Assembly: GCA_044226625.1 (NCBI GenBank)
Contig: JBGAGQ010000015.1
Span: 1 to 64,000 of the forward strand
DNA: 64,000 nucleotides
Direction of reading: 5' to 3'
DNA from: Thermoanaerobaculia bacterium
Lineage (GTDB): Bacteria > Acidobacteriota > Thermoanaerobaculia > Multivoradales > UBA5704
The number at the start of each line of letters is the position of its first letter. Positions within the stretch are counted from its first letter, which is position 1. The notes beneath the pieces are model-generated. The model was not told where the DNA came from. It ran no database searches and saw only the letters and a list, made by a program, of their open reading frames with translations. The translations under genes and the position numbers were made by a program. Positions 1-7,434 of this stretch are shown here, one piece after another.

Positions 1-2
1 CC

Positions 3-485
3 AGCAACTTCACGACGGGCGTCTACCTGACCTTCGGCTCCGGTACCTCGAGCCCGATCACGGTTTCGAATCCGGGGACGAAGTGGTGGAACGCCTACAC
101 GCAGGGGAGGTTGCTCTACTACCGGATCTACAACTCCGACAAGTCGAAGAGCATCTCCGGATCGGCCACGGTGAGCTGCGCCACCGAGACGCTGGGGACG
201 TTTTCGAGCGTGACCGGCTCGCTCGGCTGCACGCCGAGCTTCGGCTTCGCCTATTCGGGCTATTCGCCACTCTATCGCGTCGACCTGTCGCTGACCTCGA
301 ACTTCAGCACCGGGGTCTACCTCAACTTCGGCACCGGGGCGTCGAGCCCGATCTCGGTGACGAACCCGAAGACGAAGTGGAGCTCCTACACCCACGGCCG
401 CGCGCTGTACTGGCGGATCTGGAACTCGGCACGAACGAGGGTCAGCGCCTCCGGCGGCACGACGGTCAACTGCCCGGGCCTCTAA
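3..485 (+). CDS. 3' end of a probably secreted protein with tandem ~98-aa beta-rich (Fn3/Ig-like) repeat domains; 5' end outside window
   Basis: Frame open from nt 3 to TAA 485; SNFTTGVYLTFGSGTSSPITVSNP at nt 3 recurs as SNFSTGVYLNFGTGASSPISVTNP at nt 297. Confidence 0.8.
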   Translation, partial: SNFTTGVYLTFGSGTSSPITVSNPGTKWWNAYTQGRLLYYRIYNSDKSKSISGSATVSCATETLGTFSSVTGSLGCTPSFGFAYSGYSPLYRVDLSLTSNFSTGVYLNFGTGASSPISVTNPKTKWSSYTHGRALYWRIWNSARTRVSASGGTTVNCPGL

Positions 486-499
486 GCCAGGAAACGGCA

Positions 500-526
500 G
501 GGCGCCTTCCCAGCGGGAGGGCGCCC
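500..526. terminator. GC-rich hairpin between convergent genes
   Basis: GGGCGCCTTCCC-AGC-GGGAGGGCGCCC, 12-bp stem with one G:U; no U-tract. Confidence 0.55.
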
Positions 527-559
527 CGCGCGAGCCGCTTGCGGCGTTGGGTTAGGAGG

Positions 560-1072
560 CTAGCCCATCGCCCGCAGGGCGGTTCGGATCGTTTCGGCGA
601 AATCGGCGTCGGTCGCGATCTCTTCGGCGGTCATCGAGCGGCGGATGGGGAGCGACATCGTCGCACCCTCGACGAGGCGGGCGCTCATCACGGCGAGGAT
701 CTCGGTGAGCTGGGCGTGGGCGTAGAGCGAGGTGGGGGAGGCGTTCCAGAGGGCGGTCTTTTTCTCCACCAGCTCGCCGCTGCCGACCAGCCAGTCGAGA
801 GCGTTCTTCATCGCGCCGGGCACGCCGTGGGCGTATTCGGGCGACGAGATGATCACGCCGTCGGCGGCGCGGATCCGTTCGCGTAGATCGACCACCGGGG
901 GCGGGCCGGGGTCGTCGTCGTGATCCGGGTTGAACAGCGGCAGAGTCCCGAGCCCTTCGTAGAGAACGACCTCGAGTCCCTCTGGGGCGATCTGCCGCGC
1001 CGCTTCCAGCAGGGCTCCGTTCGAGGACCGGGCGCGGAGGCTGCCGGAGATCGCGAGCAGGCGAATCGACAT
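560..1072 (-). CDS. NADPH-dependent FMN reductase (flavodoxin-like, ChrR/SsuE family)
   Basis: GSLRARSSN, SPEYAHGVPGAMKNALDW motifs. Confidence 0.93.
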   Translation of the reverse strand: MSIRLLAISGSLRARSSNGALLEAARQIAPEGLEVVLYEGLGTLPLFNPDHDDDPGPPPVVDLRERIRAADGVIISSPEYAHGVPGAMKNALDWLVGSGELVEKKTALWNASPTSLYAHAQLTEILAVMSARLVEGATMSLPIRRSMTAEEIATDADFAETIRTALRAMG

Positions 1073-1097
1073 GGCTGCGGATTATCGCAGACCTCCG

Positions 1098-2492
1098 CTA
1101 CGCGTCCTCCCCGAGCGCCGTGAGCCGCGCGGCGAGCGCGTCGCGGGCGGGTACTTTCTTCTTCGGCACCATCATGCCGGCGACGGCGGCGCCCGCTTCG
1201 GCCCACCGCCGGCCACGGACGAGCTCGATGGCGGGATCGGTCTGATCGGGCTGGGCGCCGAGTGCGATCACCTCCGCGGCGAGCGCTTCGACGTCGAGCC
1301 CCGGCTGGGGAGGCGGGTCGCGGGTCGGATCGGGATCGGGTCCGTTGGGACCGGGCGGAGGAGGATCGACCGGCTCCGCGTCGCTTTCGATCCGCGCCCC
1401 GTTCTCGTCGACCACCACGGACCACAGGGACGCGGAAACGGGTAGGGGGAAGCGGGCGGTGAAGCGCTCGTCGGTCGAGCGCGCGACGACCCAGCCGTCT
1501 TCGATCGCGCAGCCGATCGAGTCGGGAGAGCCCGGCCCGCGGTTCTTCCGGGTGGGGTCGAACGGGAAGCCGCGCACCTGGCGCTTCGTCACCGCGTCGG
1601 CGAAGCTCCAGAGCGCCGACGGGGTGTTCGGATTGAGCTGGCGTGGGCGAATCACGAGCCGACCCTCGGGGTACTCGACGAAGCGGAACGAACCGAAGAC
1701 CTTGGCGTCGTCGAGCAGCTTCAACGCGAGGTTCGGCATCCGGATCGTCGCGAGGTCGAGCGGCGCGAACAGCGGCTCGATGCGCAGGAGGTCGGCGACC
1801 GTGCCGCCCCAGCTCTCGCGGTCGCAGAGGTCGTCGCGACCGAGCGCGAGGCGGCAGAACAGGCCCAGCTGGTCGGGGTTCGAGGTCTTCGGCGACCGTT
1901 CGCCCACGGGGGAGAGGGTGGGGCCGCGGTACCAGAATGCGCCTCGGGCGTTGCGGAACTCGTCCCCTTCGTCGGTCCACGGGACGGCGCCGAGCAGGGC
2001 GAGCCCGATCTGGCGCCGGAGCACCGTTCGAGCGTCCTCGCGGATCTCGGCCGGGGCCCGGTCGCTCGCGAAGATCAGGCCGCAGGCCCAGCGGAACGGA
2101 TCGTAATCGGTGCTGCGCGGCTCTTCGCCGTCGAGCAGGCGTGCCACCCCCTCGCCGGGAATCCTCCCGGCCTGCATGGCGAGGAGCTTGCCCGCCTCGC
2201 CCCAGTCGCCGAAGACGAGGCCGCGCGCGGCCATCAAGAGCTGCGGATGGTTCCAACTGCGCGCGCCGCCGAGGATCAACCCACCGGCGTCGGCCGAAGT
2301 CGTGGCGAGCCAATCCTCGAGCGACTTCGGGCGGGGGGCGAGGCGCGCGAGCGCGAGGTTCTCGCGCGGCGGGCCGATCTCGATGTCGGCCCCGAGCGCT
2401 CGAAGGATCGCCGCGGGCGCGGCGACCTCGACGTGGAACTGCTTGTCGGTGTCACCCGGCGGCGGCCAGACGAAACGCTTTCCGGTGGGCAT
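1098..2492 (-). CDS. Hypothetical protein, 464 aa, Pro-rich linker before a small helical C-terminal domain
   Basis: Long ORF with natural composition; AGAAAGGA SD and TAAAAT -10-like hexamer upstream. Confidence 0.75.
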   Translation of the reverse strand: MPTGKRFVWPPPGDTDKQFHVEVAAPAAILRALGADIEIGPPRENLALARLAPRPKSLEDWLATTSADAGGLILGGARSWNHPQLLMAARGLVFGDWGEAGKLLAMQAGRIPGEGVARLLDGEEPRSTDYDPFRWACGLIFASDRAPAEIREDARTVLRRQIGLALLGAVPWTDEGDEFRNARGAFWYRGPTLSPVGERSPKTSNPDQLGLFCRLALGRDDLCDRESWGGTVADLLRIEPLFAPLDLATIRMPNLALKLLDDAKVFGSFRFVEYPEGRLVIRPRQLNPNTPSALWSFADAVTKRQVRGFPFDPTRKNRGPGSPDSIGCAIEDGWVVARSTDERFTARFPLPVSASLWSVVVDENGARIESDAEPVDPPPPGPNGPDPDPTRDPPPQPGLDVEALAAEVIALGAQPDQTDPAIELVRGRRWAEAGAAVAGMMVPKKKVPARDALAARLTALGEDA

Positions 2493-2644
2493 GGGCGTCC
2501 TTTCTGTTTTCGACGGACGCTACGGGATCATTTTAGCTCGGGCTTGGGTTGAGGGGATGCTCCCTCCTCGGTCCGCCTCCGCGGGCGGGGGACGAGGAGG
2601 TGCTCGGCCTGCCGCGCCCCCTCGGCAAAACGGACCGCACGGCG

Positions 2645-2676
2645 AAAAGCGGCTCGCCGGACGAGCCGGCGAGCCG
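2645..2676 (-). terminator. Intrinsic terminator after the 2713-4983 gene
   Basis: CGGCTCGCCGG-N5-CCGGCGAGCCG perfect 11-bp stem followed by CTTTT on the minus strand. Confidence 0.7.
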
Positions 2677-2712
2677 TCGATCACTGAGAGGCGAGTAAGA
2701 GGAATCCGCGAC

Positions 2713-4983
2713 TCAGATGGGCTCCAGGGCGAAGGCGACGGGCACCGCCGAGGCATGCAAGTTGCCCGGGCCGTACCAGCCGTCGGTCGCGAGGGCCCAG
2801 ACGGTGAGCGTCTCGCTGAACGCCGCTTTGACGCAGTGGGTTCCACAGGGGCCGCCGTTCAAGAGATCGGACACCTGGATCGGCGCCGGCGGCGGGATGA
2901 TCGAGCTCGAGAAGACGCTCGCCCCGTCGCGCGTGTACGGGCCCACCGTCGGTCCGGTCACCGAGCCGCTCGCGCTCGCGGCGGCGACCTCGCCGCAGCT
3001 GCCTTTCGTGACCGAGAAGTCGAATACGGCGAAGTCGTTCGGATGCCGCGCCTTGAAGCTCAACGACGCGGTCGCCGCGGGTGACGGATAGGCGATGAAA
3101 CCGCACGGGCCGGCGACGGCGGTGCCGACGCGCGTGGACCGGATCTCCGCTTCGCAGGGGTTGTTGTCGACGTGGAGGACCAGGCGGAAGGCGACGATCT
3201 TCCCTTCCGCGTCGCGGATCACGCGGTCTTCCATGTCGCCGGCCTGGGGCGGGAAGTGCGCCACGAGCTCGGTCGGTACGTCCCCTTCGAGCGGGAACGG
3301 CGCGGCGAGCGTCGGCACCTTGAGCAGCACCCCCTCGTCGGTGAGGTTCACCGGCGTGCTGGAGCCCTTGAAGAGCTCGAGCTTGAGCTCGTACTTGCCA
3401 GCGGCGGTGAGCGGATTACCGAGCAGATTCGACTCGAAATAGCCGCTCGCCGTGTTGGCTCGCGCGTCGCGCTCCGGTGCCCACGAGGAGGTGGTGCCGG
3501 GATGCGAGGGAGCTAAGGCCGGCCGGATCGTGAACAGGTTGTGGCCGACGAACGTGGGGTCGGGACCGAGCGGAAGGGCGCGGAACGTCAACGTGCCGTC
3601 CGCCTCGATCTCGGCGTAATGGCGGACGACCGGGTGATCGAAGCCGATCCAATCGGAGTCGAGCGTGCTGCCGAGACGGCGGTACGACCAGCGGTAGTGG
3701 GTGATGCCTGAAGACGTCAGGCCGTCGCCGAACCAGACTGCGGGCTCGAGGCTGCCGGCGAACGGCCGTCCGTCGATTGTGAGCCCTTCGCGCGAGCCGG
3801 CGGCGGAGCGCTCGATCTCGGACATGCTCACCGCGGTGCCGATCGTCACCACGCAGAGCTGTTTGCCGACGAGGTCGGGGCGGTCGTCGCACCAGGGAAC
3901 CCGCGGATCGGTCACCCGGATCGTCACCGGGCTGCCGCAGCGATAGTCCCAGTAGGTGTGGCAGCAGACCGAAGGACGATAGACCGGGATCCAGGTGCCG
4001 CCGACGCAGTACTCGACCCAGAAATAGAGGTCGGGGTGGTCGCCCGCGCAGCGGTAGGAGATCACGCTCTCGAACCGTCCCTGCTCGTCGGTGGTGACCA
4101 CGGCGCGCTCGGTCGAGAGGCAGAGATGGGGCCAGAGCCAGGGCCAATGGCAGACGTACGGCCGGAGAATGTCGAGGTGATCGACGAGCGCGCGGCGAAC
4201 CGTCTCGGCGACGTTCGATTGCAGTGCGGCGCGCGCGGCGAGCGGCAGCTCCTGGATCAGGTCGCGCGCCTCGACGAGGGGCGAGGTGGAAATCGCGACG
4301 CCGCGCGTCCTCGCGGCGGTTTCGAGCCCGGTCCGTTCCGCAATCCCGAGCGGCACGATGAGATCGATCGGATCGATCGGAGCGATCGGAGCGATCCGTT
4401 CGAGCGGTTCGAGCCGGAACGGCGGGTCGGGCTCCGGGATCGGCCGCGGAATGCGGTAGATCTCGTCGCGCCAACGAAGGATCAGATCGTCGGGGAGGCG
4501 CGGAATGATCCAGAGGAACGGGTCGACCTCGCAGATGTGCACGCGGGCATGGCAGACCGGCTTTTCGTAGGTGACGCCGCCGATCTCGACCGGCCGGACC
4601 ACCCGACCGCTCGCGCGACAGAAGCACCAGACCCACCAACGCCAGTAGATCTCGGGGATCGGCAGCACGTCGAGCGCGTGGCGCCCGAGGTCGTAGCGGC
4701 GCGCGGGCTCGTAGGCCTGCGCCCGCGCCATCGAGTCGAGCGTCACCTCGCCGTGGTCCTTGGGGAGAGCGGCGAGATAGATCCGCGCACGTTGGGCCTG
4801 GGCGGGGGAGAGCGCGAGCTTCGCCTCGCCGTCGCGCGCCGGGGCGCTCGCGAGCAGCTTGCCGCGGCCGTCGAAGGCGTAAGCGGTCACCTCGATCGGT
4901 CGGTCGGGCGTGCCTTCGAGCGCCACCTTGATCGACAGCGGTCGAGCCGGGGCGTTCGGTTCTTCTTTCCTGGATGACGGCAT
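2713..4983 (-). CDS. Hypothetical Cys/Trp-rich protein, 756 aa, no signal peptide
   Basis: ATG 4983 with GAGGAG SD; motifs PVCHARVHICEVD, TTDEQGRF..PDLYFWVE, CCHTYWDYRCG. Confidence 0.8.
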   Translation of the reverse strand: MPSSRKEEPNAPARPLSIKVALEGTPDRPIEVTAYAFDGRGKLLASAPARDGEAKLALSPAQAQRARIYLAALPKDHGEVTLDSMARAQAYEPARRYDLGRHALDVLPIPEIYWRWWVWCFCRASGRVVRPVEIGGVTYEKPVCHARVHICEVDPFLWIIPRLPDDLILRWRDEIYRIPRPIPEPDPPFRLEPLERIAPIAPIDPIDLIVPLGIAERTGLETAARTRGVAISTSPLVEARDLIQELPLAARAALQSNVAETVRRALVDHLDILRPYVCHWPWLWPHLCLSTERAVVTTDEQGRFESVISYRCAGDHPDLYFWVEYCVGGTWIPVYRPSVCCHTYWDYRCGSPVTIRVTDPRVPWCDDRPDLVGKQLCVVTIGTAVSMSEIERSAAGSREGLTIDGRPFAGSLEPAVWFGDGLTSSGITHYRWSYRRLGSTLDSDWIGFDHPVVRHYAEIEADGTLTFRALPLGPDPTFVGHNLFTIRPALAPSHPGTTSSWAPERDARANTASGYFESNLLGNPLTAAGKYELKLELFKGSSTPVNLTDEGVLLKVPTLAAPFPLEGDVPTELVAHFPPQAGDMEDRVIRDAEGKIVAFRLVLHVDNNPCEAEIRSTRVGTAVAGPCGFIAYPSPAATASLSFKARHPNDFAVFDFSVTKGSCGEVAAASASGSVTGPTVGPYTRDGASVFSSSIIPPPAPIQVSDLLNGGPCGTHCVKAAFSETLTVWALATDGWYGPGNLHASAVPVAFALEPI

Positions 4984-5110
4984 GGCGGTGTGCTCCTCAT
5001 TCCTTTCGATTGTTTCGATTCGCGTCGCGCGGGCGCGGCGGGTTTCGAAGGTCCATCCAGGGCTTTTGCCGAGTGGCAACCTTTTTGGACAGAAGGTTCC
5101 GAACCGAAAG

Positions 5111-5147
5111 GAAAAGCCCCGTCCGGACCTGCCGGGCGAGGCTTTTC
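5111..5147 (-). terminator. Intrinsic (possibly bidirectional) terminator after the subtilase gene
   Basis: GAAAAGCCCCGTCCGG-N5-CCGGGCGAGGCTTTTC hairpin with A/T tracts on both sides. Confidence 0.7.
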
Positions 5148-5175
5148 GAATCCCGGAGGAAGGAAGGGAGCCGGT

Positions 5176-7302
5176 TCAGTCGGCGACGAACACCGGCGAG
5201 GTGTAGGTGGTGAGGGTCGATCCGGTGCGGATGACCCAATGGATCATCGCCTGGCTGCCCGGGCCGAAGGGGAAGTCGTCGATGGGCAGGAAGACCTGCC
5301 GCGAGGGGCGTGTCTCCGCGCTGATGGGATCCGACTCGAACGAGAGGTAGAGCGCACGCGGGGTGTCTCCCGCCGTTCCCGAGACGAGCTCGAAGGTCGC
5401 CGAGACGAGCTCCTTTGCGGCGGGCCAGTCGGGCTCGATCTCGATGTGGAGGACGTGACCGTCGATCTCCGCCGAAAGCGCCGCGGGCCGGTGCGGCGGA
5501 TCGGTGCAGTTCGGGCACGGATCGTTGCCGGGCTGAGGACTGGTCGCGGGGATCGCGGCGGCATCCGGGAGCTCGGTCCATTGGCAGAGCCGGGAGGAGC
5601 CGGCGAATTTCACCTCGCTGTAGATCCTGCGCCCGCACCGTTCGGTCGCCGCGAGCGCCGTGCCGCGGGGAAGAAGCAGGGGGGAGAGAAGGTCCGAGAC
5701 GATCGGCGTGGCTCTACCGATCGGCGGGCACGGGGAGCCGGGACCGCTGAGCGCCGTGCAGATCGTGACGTCTCGAGCGTACGGATCGCCGCGGCGGACG
5801 CTTCCCTCGTGACTTGAAAATTCGAAGTCGATCGGGCGGCTGCTGGGGGAGCCTCCGCTCGCCAGGGCGTCGACGACGCCGTCCGCGGAGAGCCCCTCGG
5901 GATTTCGATGCCAAAGCACCGCCGCGGCCGAGGAGATCACGGCGGTCGAGACCGAGGTGCCCGAGTAGGTACGGGTGGGCCACGGCCCGAGCCCACCGAG
6001 CGCCGCGTGGTCGCCGTAGGCCGCGAGCGTCGGCATGGCGCCGGGGCGCCGCGCCGTCGAGAGCGCCCGGCCGTCGCCCTGGAGCGCGCCGACCGCGTAG
6101 ACCAAGGGCCGGTCGCGCCGTACGTGGCATTCGCTTTCCTCCCGCGGGCTCTGCCGCTCCCATGCGGCGGGCAGCAACGGGCCTACGAGCGGGTGCGCTC
6201 CGCCCCGATCGTTGCCGGCCGCGGCGAAGATCAGGGCGCCGAGCTCGCGGGCTCTATCCAGCGCGTCGTAGACCGCGCGCGGGCCGACGGGCAGCTGACA
6301 GTAAGGGACGTTCTCGCCCCTCTCGTCGATGCCGCCGAACCTCTGGCCGTCCCAGCCGATCGAGAGGTTCAAGATCAGCGGCTGCTTGGTGCCGGTTCGC
6401 CGATTCTCGTCCTGCCAAGCCGTCACCTCGTCGTCGATCGCCTGGGCGAGGTCCTCGAAGGTGCCGATCGATCCTCCGCAGGCGTCGTCGCGGTCGACGA
6501 GCGCCTCGGACCGTGTGTCGAACCCCTGGTAGGCGAGCGCCAGCCGGGTGGTGACCTCGGCCGCGCAGGCGGGGCCGTCGTCGCAGCTTAGCCGCCACGC
6601 CAAGAGACGGAGGAAGTCGCCGTGGTTCGAGGGGCAGGGCCTCCCCGTTCGATCGTGGGCGCGGCGCGGCGACGTCCCGTCCGACGCCTCGCTCGCTGGA
6701 GGTTGGGTCGGATAGTTGTCGATGACCGCGAGCCGGACCGCCGGTCGATTCACGATCGGCAGGGTGGCCTCCGTCCGTCTCACCTGGCGGAAAAAGATCT
6801 CGGCGAAGCGGGGCTGGAGGGTCGAGGCGAGCGTCTCGGCCGAGACGGTGAGCGCCAATGGATCGGGGTCGATCCGTTCGAGGCCGAGAATCGGGCGATT
6901 GGGGATCCGCGCGTCCCGCCGCCCGGGCTTTCTGCGATAGGAGCAGTACCGCGCCATCTCGCGCCCGACCTCCACCGCCGACCGCGGCCGCGCTGCGCAG
7001 GGGATGCCCGATTCGGATTCCGCGAGCGGTGCCACGGCGGTGTTGTCGAGCGCCATGGTCGCGGCGGTGGCGGCGTCGTGACTCGACGGATACGTTCCGT
7101 AGCGCGAAAACAGCGGCCGACCCTCCCAGCCGTCGATCGTGGGGCAGGCGGCCTCGGGATCGCTCTTCAAGGCGACGAACGTGGGGGTTTGGAAGGCCCG
7201 TTCCAAGGCCTCGTCCGCGGTGATCGGACGCTGACGGACGCAGCCGGTGGCCGCCAGCAGGAACAGGGACAGAACGAAGAAGCTCGACGAATGGCGTTTC
7301 AT
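5176..7302 (-). CDS. S8 (subtilisin-like) serine peptidase, predicted lipoprotein
   Basis: AVIDN (Asp), NHG (His), AAAGN (oxyanion Asn), SGTSVS (Ser); lipobox-like LAATGC; GAGGAG SD before ATG 7302. Confidence 0.85.
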   Translation of the reverse strand: MKRHSSSFFVLSLFLLAATGCVRQRPITADEALERAFQTPTFVALKSDPEAACPTIDGWEGRPLFSRYGTYPSSHDAATAATMALDNTAVAPLAESESGIPCAARPRSAVEVGREMARYCSYRRKPGRRDARIPNRPILGLERIDPDPLALTVSAETLASTLQPRFAEIFFRQVRRTEATLPIVNRPAVRLAVIDNYPTQPPASEASDGTSPRRAHDRTGRPCPSNHGDFLRLLAWRLSCDDGPACAAEVTTRLALAYQGFDTRSEALVDRDDACGGSIGTFEDLAQAIDDEVTAWQDENRRTGTKQPLILNLSIGWDGQRFGGIDERGENVPYCQLPVGPRAVYDALDRARELGALIFAAAGNDRGGAHPLVGPLLPAAWERQSPREESECHVRRDRPLVYAVGALQGDGRALSTARRPGAMPTLAAYGDHAALGGLGPWPTRTYSGTSVSTAVISSAAAVLWHRNPEGLSADGVVDALASGGSPSSRPIDFEFSSHEGSVRRGDPYARDVTICTALSGPGSPCPPIGRATPIVSDLLSPLLLPRGTALAATERCGRRIYSEVKFAGSSRLCQWTELPDAAAIPATSPQPGNDPCPNCTDPPHRPAALSAEIDGHVLHIEIEPDWPAAKELVSATFELVSGTAGDTPRALYLSFESDPISAETRPSRQVFLPIDDFPFGPGSQAMIHWVIRTGSTLTTYTSPVFVAD

Positions 7303-7434
7303 GGTTCGATCTCCTCGAATAGACCTCTCATCCGACAAGAGGCCTTTGCCGCCGGCCGTCGAGACTTGACAGGCGACTTCCAGAACGTCCGAAGCCGTGG
7401 GCTGAGAGAAGGGGCGAACGAGCGGGGGAAAGCG

